In this document: one piece after another, positions 1-13,600 of the stretch | Position numbering within the stretch: position 1 is the first letter of the stretch | Layout: each line of letters opens with the position of its first letter | Source of the DNA: Octopus sinensis | Lineage: Eukaryota | Direction: 5' to 3' | Assembly (NCBI RefSeq): GCF_006345805.1 | Contig: NW_021834247.1 | Coordinates: 1-57,840 of the forward strand | DNA length: 57,840 bases | Translations under genes and position numbers: made by a program | Notes under the pieces: model-generated | What the model was told of the DNA's origin: nothing | What the model saw: the letters and a program-made list of their open reading frames with translations, nothing else | Databases searched by the model: none

Positions 1-480
1 CCTTAACCAAGAGCAGCACTTCCCTTTGCTCAACATGCAAAGAGAGGCTTTCAGCTGCGAGAAAGGCGATGCCACCTTTATCTTTTCTTCCTTTCTAGTC
101 AGCACCATGACTACCTTACTCTTTCCCTCTCTACAGACAGACAACCTTTTTCTACGTATGAACTACTAACTAGCGAGTCATCCTTGTTGTCACTATCACT
201 AGAATTACTACTGTCTCTGTAACAACCAGTTGGGCAAACGAATAGATATATGTAAATAACATTTCTTCCTTCTTGGACTTAATTCTTCGAACGCATTAAT
301 ACCAGCGATGTGTAACAACATCTGATGGTCTGGTCGGTCACGTGATCACGTGATATATATATATATATATAATAATAAATATTAGGGAATAAATCCAAAT
401 TTACAGGGAAAAAAATCAGATTTAGGATTAAATCCAATTTTATAGTAAAATATATTAATATATATTAATTGTCTCTAATA

Positions 481-518
<38 letters not shown>

Positions 519-1230
519 TGAAATGTATTTCGACCGCTTGGATTGCTTTCAAGGCCACTACATCCTGTCCGATTGACTCCAAAATTTACAGGGACATGTA
601 AAAGGAGGTGTTGATGCCCGTGGGCTACGTTAGAAATCCCTATCTTAAAAAGTGTCGTTGCTAGGGCCAAAAACCCACTTTGACAAGTCCACTCCCATTG
701 TTTAATGTATCTGTCTTCCTCACTCACGCTATTTCCTCCATTCCCCTCTAACTCCCCTTCACTTTCCCTTTATAAGTTCGTCAAACGGCGTTCTTTATCT
801 CGCTGTCTGCATTCATAGAGAGAATTACCATCACCACAAACAACACACAATCATGAGAACAAATATTATGAATCAGATATTTCTTGCGTTCATTTATATA
901 TGTGTGTGTGTGTTCTATATATAAATATGTATATATAATGTATATATACAAAGCGTATATATCTGTATTTATGAATATTAAACTTTTTAATACTTTTTGA
1001 TAGTTATATATATTTTTAAACAAATTATAAATATAATTTAATAATTTTTATTTTAAATTTAAATAATTTAAATTTTTCAATTTTATATTTTATATATTTT
1101 ATATATTATATTTTTATTTTTATGTTTTTGTTTTTGGTTTTTCACTGTTTGATTTGTCTATTAGTGGTTTTATCTCTAATTTAATTTATACATATATATA
1201 TATATATATAATTTGTATATATATTGCGTG

Positions 1231-1262
<32 letters not shown>

Positions 1263-2076
1263 CATATATATATATATAATGTGTGCATTATGTGGTCGGT
1301 CAGTTCAGCTGAAAATATGCACACCTATGTTAAAAGTGCTGGCAAGTTTGCATGACAACTATTTTTTTCCTCAAATGAAAGGCGTCACCTCTAGGACAAA
1401 ATTCCTCATCTTATAAAATGTGGCCCCAGTAGACCCGAATGAAATCGGGTTATATTAACCAAAATGTGAAAAGGGATCTAAATGGGGCTGGAAGGGGATT
1501 AAAATTTAAAGGAGCGAGTGTTTAGGAATTCTCTGTTACATCAAGCTAAAACATTTGCGCCAGCCTTTTAATCATCAATGTGTTGCCGTCCATGATGAAG
1601 AAGTTTTGAATGCTTGCCATCGTGAGTCTACTGTCGTGAGAAAGAATCACTTCAAAACTTGGTGTTTACAAATTTTCTTTTACATCAAGTTCAAAATTTT
1701 ACGCTAGCCGTTAAACTGTCAATACGTTGCTCTCCGTCGTTAAGAAATGCCAGTCATGGTGACTCTACTATCCTCACATTCTATCCCTTCAAACTTTGGT
1801 TTCCAATATTTTATTATTTTTATTCAGCTTGCAAGTTCGTCTGTCCCTTTTAAATGTTAGCGTTTTGCTGTCTGCCTTGAAGCAGACCTTTCCGTTGCCA
1901 CTGCCTGATATTTATGATTGATCTTTCTAAATATTTTATTTCTCAACTTACTCAAGATCTTTTGTTGTTTATAAATGGGAGAGAGATAGATAAAGATAGA
2001 GAGTAAGAGAAGTGAGGGAGAGTCCGAGAGAAGGAAGAGTAAGAGAGTGGGAAAGTGAGAGAGAAAGGAGAGAGAA

Positions 2077-2385
2077 TCATCATTATCATCATCGTTTAAC
2101 GTCCGTTTTCCGTGCTAGCACGGGTTGGACAGTTTGACCGGGGCCTGGAAAGCCAGGAGGCTGCACCAGGCTCCAGTCTGATCTGGCAGTGTTTCTACAG
2201 GTGGATGACCTTCCTAACGCCAACCACTGTGAGTGTAGTGGGTGCTTTTTTTTCGTGCCGCCGGCACAGGTGCCAGCGGGGCTCGCAGCGGCAACAATCG
2301 GTTGGTGCTTTTTACGTGCCACCGGCACAGAAGCCAGTCAAAGCGGCACGGCAATCGGCAACGTTCGGATGGTGCTTTTTACGTG
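2077..2385 (-). mobile_element. SINE/LINE-tail repeat (CATCAT..GTTTAACGTCCG family) with internal short duplications
   Basis: Same family recurs at about 8634-8830, 19040-19195, 22000-22090, 26185-26359 and 39262-39503. Confidence 0.75.
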
Positions 2386-2976
2386 CTGAAAGGAAGCAAC
2401 AGAAGGTAACAACCACACTCTTACCCACGCGAGAGCGGGTCACCTTCAGCTAGTATATATAATATATTATATATATATAATATATTATATATATGTATCA
2501 ATGCGTGTGTGATAGGATGTGCTCCATGCATGACACTGTTCCATCCAAATTTTGACACTTGAGGTTAATCAGTTTAAATTCCTTCCATTTTGAATTCAAA
2601 CCGGATCCTGTACAATCAGCGGAGGGCTGTAATAATATAAAAAGCACATCATTAACGAGAGAAATAAGCAGGGGCTTCAACCTGGCCCTCCTTCATTTCA
2701 TGTTACCCCTGTTTCAGTATTTGGTAACACATCGTTGTGTCACACAATAGCTGCAATTGGTAGATGCACCTCATAAGGGCAGCATGCATAAGGAAATACA
2801 TGCAGTAACCAAAATGAAATACTTGAGAGGTACACGGCTTGAAGGGAAGGGAGATCAGGAGAAGGTAGAGTGGGAACACAACCCCCAGAAACACAATTGT
2901 GGACTAGTGTTGATGAGAATGGGGCTAAGAATTGACCAGAGTTTGGGGATATAGGCTGTGCTTACATGCCCCTTAA

Positions 2977-3196
2977 CCCTTTCGTTACTGTATTTATTTT
3001 GAGATGATCTGTGTTTCTTTCAATTATTTTAAATATACAAAGAATTTAGTAAAATAACTTAGTTATTATTAAGCTAGTGTTAGGAACATAAATTGTGACT
3101 AAGGTTTGATGGAAGATTTTAATTCAAAACTTATGAAAACAAGACATTTATACTAAAGAGCCAGAGCCAGTTTCAGCTGGGTTGGTATCAAAAGGG
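2977..3196. mobile_element. piggyBac-type MITE
   Basis: TTAA on both sides (2973-2976 and 3197-3200); terminal inverted repeats CCCTTTCGTTAC / GTATCAAAAGGG. Confidence 0.85.
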
Positions 3197-3228
3197 TTAA
3201 GAATTGTTTCTCTATTATATATTTTAAA

Positions 3229-3445
3229 GCCTTTTGTTACCATATTCTGTAGAGATGCTCTGTGTTTCTTTCAATTAATTTTAAATATAACAAAGAATTA
3301 TTAAAATAATGTATTCATCATTAAGCTAGTGTTAGGAACAAATTGTGACTAAGGTTTCGTGGAAGATTTTAATTCAAAACTAATGAAAACAAGACATTTT
3401 ACCACAGAGCCAGAGCCGGCTTCAGCCGGGTTAGTATCAAAATGG
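3229..3445. mobile_element. Second, more diverged copy of the same piggyBac-type MITE
   Basis: Colinear similarity to 2977-3196; ends GTATCAAAATGG followed by TTAA. Confidence 0.75.
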
Positions 3446-3941
3446 TTAAGAGAGGGGAGATAGGCGGGTAAGTAGATAACATATCAGGTGACCAGTAAGA
3501 GATTCTGGGTGCAATAATCAAGCACCACTGGGGTTTGTGGTAGCCCATGATTAGATGATGCGTCCAACTACTTACAACCTGCGGATATTCATTAACACAT
3601 TAATATGCTTCTTCCCCAGCCACTCATGCGCAGAGAGTTGGTGGGTTGGTGGGGGCGGGGAATGAGTAGGAGGATTCCTTGAGCAAGAACCTTTATTTCA
3701 CGTTGGTCCAGTTTACTCAGCGAAAATGAGTTGTGCCTGTATTTCAAAGGGTCAACCTTGTCACACTCTGTGTCATGCTGAATCTCCCTGAGAACTACAT
3801 TAGGGGTACACGCGTCTGTGGTGTACTCAGCCATTTGCATGTTAATTTCACAAATTAGCTGTTCCGTCTTCTTTAAATTGCTCTTTACTTCATTTTATAA
3901 GTTTTTAAAAACCATCTTACTTTCCTTTTCATTCAAAAGAC

Positions 3942-4024
3942 ATGGATGTAAATAAGATTATAAGCAAGATTCTGACTGGGAACTTTGAAGATGTGAAACG
4001 ATTTATCAGAAAAATCCTGAAACA
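3942..4024 (+). CDS. Probable coding exon 1 (MDVNKIISKILTGNFEDVKRFIRK...), with an apparent 1-nt deletion in an A run
   Basis: ATG at 3942 and strong donor ACA|GTAAGT. One extra A in CAGAAAAATCC gives RKNPET, joining in phase 0 to VNQINSRSKT, which resembles the helix preceding the first ANK repeat of MIB-type proteins. Confidence 0.55.
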
Positions 4025-7000
4025 GTAAGTTTACTTTATATTGCTTCTTCAATGTTGAATGTTTGTTTATTATTTTATACACAATATTAAATGTTCCTAA
4101 ATAACCAGATATATTTGTCCATAATATTTCATATCTTTCTTTACCTCTTTCCTCTAATCCTCATCATTGTCACTTTTTATAAATATTCAACCAGACAATG
4201 AGGTATGCCAGAATTGATGGAATGTCAGTGAGAGAGAAACCCATCCTCACACACTGCAATGGAATATTCTGGCAGGAAATATTCAGTCCAAGAGATGGGG
4301 GACAGATGGATCCTATAGATAAATGGTGACTTTGTCAAGAAATTCTCTTGCCATACACAGTTGAAGGTTTTACCGATGTCAAGGCTACACTATTTCTTTG
4401 CAGAAGTTGTCAAACATAACCAAAACACTGGGGAGTCACGTAGGAATCAGACCCCTGCTTGAACTGGCTTTATGGAACTGTACTGGTGCTCTTTGAATAG
4501 AAAAGATACCCAAAGGACAAAGATAATGGTTGTTTATGACTTTTTACTTCATAATTGAAATATTGGAAGTTAGAATGACTGGCTGGTAGTCAGCAGATAG
4601 GACACTATCAGCAAAAATTATAAAACAGGGCTTCTCTAATAGAGTAGTACTACCATTGGGTAGGGATTGTGGAAAATTTTATAAGGACCAGGGAGTCAAG
4701 GCGGCTGTGGTGGTACAAATATATGAAACTCAATGTGTAGTTGTGTTTGGATCAGAGAACCATCATGGTTAGGGAGTGGTGGGTGGAATGATTCTGTAAA
4801 ATCTATAGAGATACTCTTGGTAAGAGACCAGAAAATGAGGCTTTAATTTGGAAGGGAAGATAGCTGACAAATGGTGAAATGCAGAAAAAAACATCCTTTA
4901 TTTTCTTGATGACCATCATACATGTATTTCAATGGTGGGTGAATGTCTGCCAGTTAGTGAGGGTAGGTGTTTTCCTCAAGGTGGAGTCGATAGTGTTGTT
5001 TGTACAGCTGTAATACAGTTGTGTATGAACCACTCACACCTTTTTAAATATTGTATGGCTACAAACTAATGTAAGCCCTGATACTGCTGCCGCATTTAGG
5101 CTCAAAATTCTGATCACTACTTTCATAATATTTCTTATTTTCTCCATTGTTTCTTTTCATTTGTGTCTACCTTTCCATAGTTGCTCATATTTAGTTGTGA
5201 TTGGTGTCGTTCCAAAGATGTCACAGATGTCTAATTACAAGTAATTACTTTGTAATAGATTCAGTGACTAACATAAATAGATTATCAATCTTTTCCTTGA
5301 GCTTATGCATGAACTAAACAATCTTTATTTACCTGTTTACCTGTTACACCTTGATTTACCTGTGCTCTACACCTTTCTTGTAGATTTGCTTTCATTCTTT
5401 TCCAAGTAGATCCCACATTGCTGTTTCACCAGACATATGACATCTGAAGATCCATGCTTCATTTCAAACATCCTGTTCTTCTCTCTCACCATTTCTTAAA
5501 CCTCTTTCATCATTATAGCATGAAATGAAAGTGCTACTATGCCAGACATCAGTGATAACAAAGTGTAGAATTTCATGAGCTTTACCAGGGAATACTAAAC
5601 TAAAATCCAGTCTGATATATTCAGAATCTACACAATTATTTCTGAGGTTTTGACCCTTTATAGCTCTTCCCCTTTTCAGTTACTTTATACACCATCTTAT
5701 GGCCTAATCCCTACAGTTGCATGTTTATATGGTTTCTCTTATTTACCTGTGTGTCTCCTATCAGATACCACGTTTGAAATCTTGTCAGTTCTCTTCTCTT
5801 CAATTCAAATTGATATCATACATACCAGTAATAAACTGGGATATTTTCTCAACTGATTTTTTTCCTCTTCAGCCGGACAAAAGTGAGGTTGTTACTAAGA
5901 CAGACATCTTATGTTTCATAAGAAAGACTCTTCCATCTACCATGAAACGGTATATTTGTACTGATTTCCCTTGATATTGCTCTGTCCACTTCTATGAAAA
6001 TACAGAAAGTACAAGTCATGTAAAGAAAGACACCAATGACCATCTAAAGTGCATGCCATCGTACATGGGATAGAACACTAAAAGACAGAAAAGGGAGCAG
6101 TAAAAGAACCATAAAAAAAGGGTGCATAGGAACCAGTGTTTCTGAATTACAGAAAGTGTGGTGTTTTTGAAGGTTACAGTGTTCTGACTGCAAACAACCA
6201 ATGTAGATAGTTTATATTCCGTACCCTGACAATTCTGAGCATAAAATATTTGTTTCCGATACCATGGAAACTGGAATGGCTTTGTTTTTTTATTATAAAG
6301 CATGTCTGAGAGTGGTAAAGATATTAAATTCCAGAAGTGGTCAAAGTTGTTGTTGAAAGATGAGGGATAATCTTGTGGGATCAAGTGAGTTGCTAGAAAT
6401 GACAAAATTCTCTGTCGATGCATGGAGAAGCAATACATTTAAGAAATGATAAGTGATTGAGTGAGGCTAATTTTATGGTTGTACATCTATGGACAGCTTC
6501 CAGTAGATTGGCATTCTGGACAAAATGAGCATACCAGATTGGAGACACAACCTATACATGATGGCTGCCCCCTCGTTATCGAGTATGGCCATTGCACGAA
6601 ACTTAACTGTTATTGATGCTGTGATCGAATGTGACTTTTTAGCCCAGCTAAAGATCTACAATGTCTTGTACAAAATTGGCAACTAAAACCTTTACCGGTA
6701 AAAAGCCGGCTGTATTTGTAACTGGGCTTCATGTACCTTTGCATGTCGTTTAAGTCCTCCTGCCGAATTACACTCTCTTCCACATGCCCGACAGATATGA
6801 TTAGTATGGTGTGTTACACCACCACCAGTGGCCAGATTATCACTCATCTGTCTCGCTTTATGATTACAAAGATGACTCGTGAGTCATCCTATACATACAT
6901 ACATGCATACATATCAGTATATATATAACAAAGTATGGATATAGTAATCTAATTAGGTAACAATGTCTAAGTTAAATGTTTGTGAGAATTTGAAGCTGTA

Positions 7001-7075
7001 GCTTTATTGTACTTAGACCAGTGGTGGGACTTGAATGACTGGAACTATACATACATACATACATACATACATACA

Positions 7076-7110
<35 letters not shown>

Positions 7111-7682
7111 GGTGGCTGCCCCCTCGTTATCGAGTATGGCCATTGTTCGAAGCTTAATCAATGTTGTTATCGTGCAATGCCTGTGCAAGAAGATTTTATT
7201 TAAGTAAGGAAAGGCTGTGCACTGAGTCAATCCCACTCACTAAGCAACAGCAGCCATAATCCGAAAAGAAGAACAAGTCAACATCATCGGTAACCACTGA
7301 GCTGCAGGTTTTATGCCGGAGTTATCCCAGTTACCTGAGTTACCTTCGCCTAGAAGAATGCCCTAACAAAGGCTAGGAGTCCTTCACTCCCAATGATTTA
7401 ACCGCGCGATCGGGTATTCAGTCCGATTATTTCTATGTTCCCGTGCATGATACAGCCTTAAGACATTTATTGGATGGCCATTGACTCTCAAGAGTTCCTC
7501 CACCCTTACATACATACATAAATACATGTGTGTGTGTGTATGTATGTGTGTATATGTATATGAAGGTGAATGGCTCAATGGTTAGGGCAACAGGTTCACA
7601 ATCAGGAGATAGTGAGTTTGATTCCCAGCCTGGGCTGTGTGTTGTATTCTTCAGTAAGACTTTTTATTTCATGTTGCACACT

Positions 7683-7727
<45 letters not shown>

Positions 7728-9927
7728 CTTTCTTTCTTTGTCTTTCATATCCCTTTCTTTCACTCCAGCATCTTCTTTACTCTCTCTTCTCTTCTCTCCT
7801 TTCTCTCTCTCTCTATTCTTCCCTCCTATCTCTCTATCTCTCTCTCTCCTTTGATATGTTTTATATATCTTCTCTTTCTTCTCTTCAGGTCAACCAAATA
7901 AACTCACGCAGTAAAACTTTCTTAATGGCAGCTTGTGAACAGGGCAGCACAAGTCTCATAGCCTTCTTGATAGAATCTGGAGCCAATATGGACATGAGTG
8001 ACGAAAAAGGTCGCACAGCTTTACATTATGCTGTGAAAAGGTAAGACTTGAATTAACTAAAATCTTGAGATCTGCTTTTGTTTTGAAATTTTTTGCAATT
8101 CCAGACTATTTGAATATCCAAAGATACCATAATAGTGGCAGTGTGACACGATAACAGCATGATAGTAGTAACCAAATAACATCTTTTTCTCATTTTCTCC
8201 ATGAATCCCCTTCATTGGATCACAAAAATCTTTTTCGTTATTTGTTGTCAAAACAGATTATTTTTGTTTTGGAGATATTCTTTGAGAGCCAACAGTTCTT
8301 AAAATTGACCCAGTGTGATTCAGTGTCTTCTCTTCATATTGATTATGGAGAGATCGATCAATTTTTCTCCAAAGAAAATATTATTTGAGATCTAAAGCAA
8401 CAAGAAAGATTCTCAAGCTTGTTTTGGCAGTAAATAATCTGTAAATTTCTTACAGAAATTATTTCTCACCTCCATCTGCAACTCACTCAACACATTTTGA
8501 GATCTATTATATTTTGAATTGTGCTTCATAAGGTCATCTCTGGACAATAAAACATGTTTTGAAGTTCTTGTTAGTTTCTATAGCTTCTGCAGTCACAAAT
8601 TGTTCCAGAATTTTGCACAAACACACACACACCATCATCGTCATCGAATGTTCCTTTTCCATGCTGGCATGGGTAGGAGGGTTTGATAGGAACAGACAAG
8701 TCAGAAGACCACACCAAACACTACTGTCTGCTTAGGTTTGGTTTCTATGGCTGGACGACCTTCCTAACACCAACCACTTTGCAGAGTGTACTGGATGCCT
8801 TTTACATGCCATCCGAACCAGTGAGGTCACCAATTAATTGCGAGACAAAGACCTCTCGACTGGTTGAGGTGGTGGGGTAGGGGAGCTAATATTGCTAGAG
8901 AGAAAGGTGTCTTGCATTAGAAGCGGGACATGGCTCCTTCAGATGGAGAAGACAGAGGAGGGAAACACTAGGTTAAAATCTAGTGTTTGGCCCAAGCAAA
9001 GAAAAAAGGAAAAAATAGTGCAATAGGTGTAAAACAACATGTAGTAAACGAATACTCTTACTCTTTTACTCTTTTACTTGTTTCAGTCATTTGACTGCGG
9101 CCATGCTAGAGCACCGCCTTTAATCGAGCAACTCGACCCCGGGACTTATTCTTTGTAAGCCCAGTACTTATTCTATCGGTCCCTTTTGCTGAACCACTAA
9201 GTGACGGGGATATGAACACACCAGCATCGGTTGTCAGGCAATGCTAGGTGAACAAACACAAACACACACGCACACATACATATATACATATATATGACAA
9301 GCTTCTTTCAGTTTCCGTCTACCAAATCCACTCATAAGGCTTTGGTTGGCCCGAGGCTATAGTAGAAGACACTTGCCCAAGATGCCACGCAGTGGGACTG
9401 AACCCGGAACCATGTGGTTGGTAAGCAAGCTACTTACCACACAGCCACTCCTGCGCCAATCGAAAAAAGAATATGGCGAACAGGAGGTGGAGAGACGACT
9501 CGGAAAATTCAAATCTCACCGCTTCCCCATTCGTCGGCGAATTTTTTGTTCTTTATTTTCGTTTTTTACACATTATATTACACCCGGTACTCTACTTGTG
9601 TTAAATTTTTGTGACGGGGCGAATGGATGGGGTGCGGACTCGGATGATTCACACGATCCGGTAACCCCACTCGACAACCGGTCCCAAAAATGAAAACAAA
9701 AAGTGTAATAGGTGTAAAACAACACGTAGTAAACGATGTTAAAACGTTGAGTTTTCGGATCCTGTGAGATTGATCGTGTGAATTTTCCGAGTCGCCTCCA
9801 CCACCCCTCATTCGCCAACGTGTATTTTTTTTTACATATTCGTTTACTACATTTTATTTTATATCTATTGCACTATTTTTTTTGCTCGGGTCAAACACTG
9901 GAGTTTAACTTATACACACGCACGCAC

Positions 9928-9969
<42 letters not shown>

Positions 9970-10619
9970 ACATATATAATAAATTTGGGTGTGTTTATAT
10001 ATTCATTTATGTGTGTTATATGACCGCCATACTTCCTTGTTGGTCACTGTTTCTTTTGGCGGTAAAAATACGTCTCGTTGCCCTTAACAACAAACTTTCT
10101 CTTGCATAGTCTGTTGCTATGACAACATTACATTTGCAGACGTAGTTTTCCCGCCAATTACGACGTGCTGCTGTTGTTGTTTTTTTTTTTAGACTGATGA
10201 GAAATCTGCTATCAATTAGTTTGTCTATAATTTTCAGACATTCCATCTTTCGCAAAAGGATTACAATATATTTTTCAATGTATACCAAATATGTAGATAC
10301 TAACAACGGTACTTAATCCTTGTTTCGTATTGTACACTCGCTGGGATAAAAATATTTATACTTTATACCCTCACCTATTAATATGTGTATACACACACAC
10401 GTACACATTTGTTTACTGTGTATTAACGATTATACGTATTTCAGTGGCTCATATTTCTCTGTCTGTCTGTCTCTCTATATACATACGTATATATATACAC
10501 ATATACATACATACACATATATGCATATATAAATATATATATATATACACATATACACCTATATAATATTATTGACTTTGATATTTCAACTAGCGATATG
10601 AACCGTTGATATATATATG

Positions 10620-10681
<62 letters not shown>

Positions 10682-13600
10682 CATACTTACACAACTGGGA
10701 CCCCCGACAAATTTGTTTCCTTATAACTTTTAGACAGATGGATATCTTTTAATGGAATTTCTATGACAAAAATGCTTCAGATGATGAAGATTCCAATTAT
10801 ATTGGAATTTGTTGTGAAAACAAATTTTCAAACGTTGAGAAGTTGACTTAAATCCTTATTGAAACTTTCAGAAAAATGGATATTTTGTTTGTGTGAAAAT
10901 TTCTACAAATCCCTTTCAAATGGATTAGATTAGGATTATATCGGAATTTAACATGAAAAAACGTTAAATATTTGGTGGATACACACACATATATACTGAC
11001 ACACATCACGGTTATTTTTCCAAAGTTCATCTTTTCAGTTTCTGATGTGTGTCAGTGTATATCTCTGCGAATCCACCAAGTTTTTTTAACTTTTCTTCAT
11101 ATTAAATTCCGATATAAGTGGAATCTTCACCATCTGAAACGGTTTTATTGAAAATTTCATTAGAAAATATTTATTTTTTGGGAAAGAAAGCCGACTCGGG
11201 CAAACTTTCCCAAATTTCTCTCTGCACCCACTAAAATTTTTTTCTCACAATAAATTCCAATATAATTGGAATCTTCGCCTTCTGAAGCATATTTTTGAAA
11301 GAAATTTCATTAAAAAATATCCATTTTTCCTAGAAGTTACAGGGAAACAAATTCGTCGGGGGAGCACACTTGTGTAGTTATGTCTATACAGGCATGCACG
11401 CACACAGACATATATATATATATATATATATATACACGCGGCTGTAATATATATATAGGTTTTTATGCGTTTAATTGAACACGAGTGTATATTTAATGTA
11501 ACTGTTAAGTGAATGTCTGTGATGTTTTATGTTTTTTTCTTCCTTTCAGCCGTAAAATTGATGCAGTGGCCTCCTTAGTTTCCAGGGGAGCAAATGTTAA
11601 TAAGCAGAACTCAGACGGCAACACACCTCTACATTGGGCTGTGAGGAAGAACTATAAAGATGTAGTCAAAGTCCTGTTAAGTAGCAAAGGAAATAACATT
11701 TTACAGGTTAGCGAATACATTTATATTTGTGTATATAGATATGTATGTGTGTGTTATATGTATATGATGTATACATACAGTTTAGTGCCCCAAATTTCGT
11801 TTCCTAAAGAAACCCCACCTTTTCTTTAAATTTTTTTCCCCGACACAAATCCCGCTTTTCGGTTAAGGGAAATACGAATCTGCAAAAAAATTGGTAAAAA
11901 CTGGCAAAAATCGGCATTTTTAAATTACCCCCACCCCTATTTCCTTCATTCTTTACTTTTTTCACAATTTTTTTTTTCAGAATTTGCGGAAAAATACGGA
12001 AATGATGATTCGGACAAAAATTCAAAACATTCCGTAGTTGGGGTTAGGGTTAGTGTTGGGGGAAAAAAGTCAAAGTTGAAGAATTTTGGAGGGGTGGAAC
12101 CATTCCACTGCCGATTTTTTGGCAATTTTCCCGAACCTCCGTGTCCGAAATCGGGTTTTTTTGGCAAAAAAATTTTTAAATAAACAAATTGGTGGGGGGA
12201 CTCTTTCGAAAGTTGCTCATTTCCTTGCGTGAGAGTGTATATATATATGTGTGTGAGTGTTTATATGTATATATATTATATGTGTGTCTGTGGGTACAGG
12301 TAAGATATGAACCTCATTTATTTACTCTCCTCTCCAAATTCATTCCACCTGTTTATTAATCTGATTCTTTCTCTTTTTTGAAATTTTTCATTTTTGCGCT
12401 GCCCCCCCCCCCATCCACTTGACGCCATCTTTGATGTCTTTATTGTTTATCTTTTTTAGGTCACTCAGCGAAATAATAAAGGTTGGACACCTCTACATCT
12501 TGCCTCACTTTATGGACACACAGACACAGCTAAACTTCTCCTACAACAAGATGGCACTGATGTGAGGGTGGTGGACAACGATGGTTGCACACCTCTACAT
12601 CATGCCTCGTATAATGGACACACAGACACAGCTAAACTTCTCCTACAACAAGATGGCACTGATGTGAGGGTGGTGGACAACGATGGTTGGACACCTCTAC
12701 ATCTTGCCTGTCAGAATGGACACACAGACACAGCTAAACTTCTCCTACAACAAGATGGCACTGATGTGAGGGTGGTGGACAACTATGGTTGTACACCTCT
12801 CCATCATGCCTGTCGGAATGGACACACAGACACAGCTAAACTTCTACAACAAGATGGCACTGATGTGAGGGTGGTGGACAACGCTGGTTGGACACCTCTA
12901 CATCGTGCCTCGTATAATGGACACACAGACACAGCTAAACTCCTCCTACAACAAAATGGCACTGATGTGAGGGTGGTGGACAACGATGGTTGGACACCTC
13001 TACATCGTGCCTCGTATAATGGACACACAGACACAGCTAAACTCCTCCTACAACAAGATGGCACTGATGTGAGGGTGGTGGCCAACGATGGTTGGACACC
13101 TCTACATCTTGCCTCACTTCAAGGACACACAGACACAGCTAAACTCCTCCTACAACAAAATGGCACTGATGTGAGGGTGGTGACCAACGATGGTTGTACA
13201 CCTCTACATCTTGCCTCTTCTCAAGGACACACAGACACAGCTAAACTCCTCCTACAACAAGATGGCACTGATGTGAGGGTGGTGGACAACTATGGTTGTA
13301 CACCTCTACATCATGCCTCGTATAATGGACACACAGACACAGCTAAACTTCTCCTACAACAAGATGGCACTGATGTGAGGGTGGTGACCAAATATGGTTC
13401 GACACCTCTACATCATGCCTGTCAGAATGGACGCACAGACACAGCTAAACTTCTCCTACAACAAAATGGCATCGATGCCAATAAAGCGGACAATGATGGT
13501 GACACTCCTCTCCATCTGGCAGTTCAAGGGTAAGTCCCCAATGGATTTGGATTATCCAAATCTGTTTCTTTAATGTTTTCAATAACGTTTGTTTTCTTGT

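Noticed and set aside
455-727. 90-aa minus-strand ORF
   Set aside because: No recognisable domain; it ends in a TA tract and looks like interspersed-repeat sequence.
5850-6440. Possible decayed retroelement or polymerase coding remnant
   Set aside because: Only weak, ambiguous motif resemblance; cannot be assigned without a translated search.
12046-12062. GGGTTAGGGTTAG telomere-like motif
   Set aside because: Only two units, inside an interspersed repeat; not an interstitial telomere array.
12804-13085. Antisense ORF over the ankyrin array
   Set aside because: Shadow of the repetitive sense-strand coding frame.
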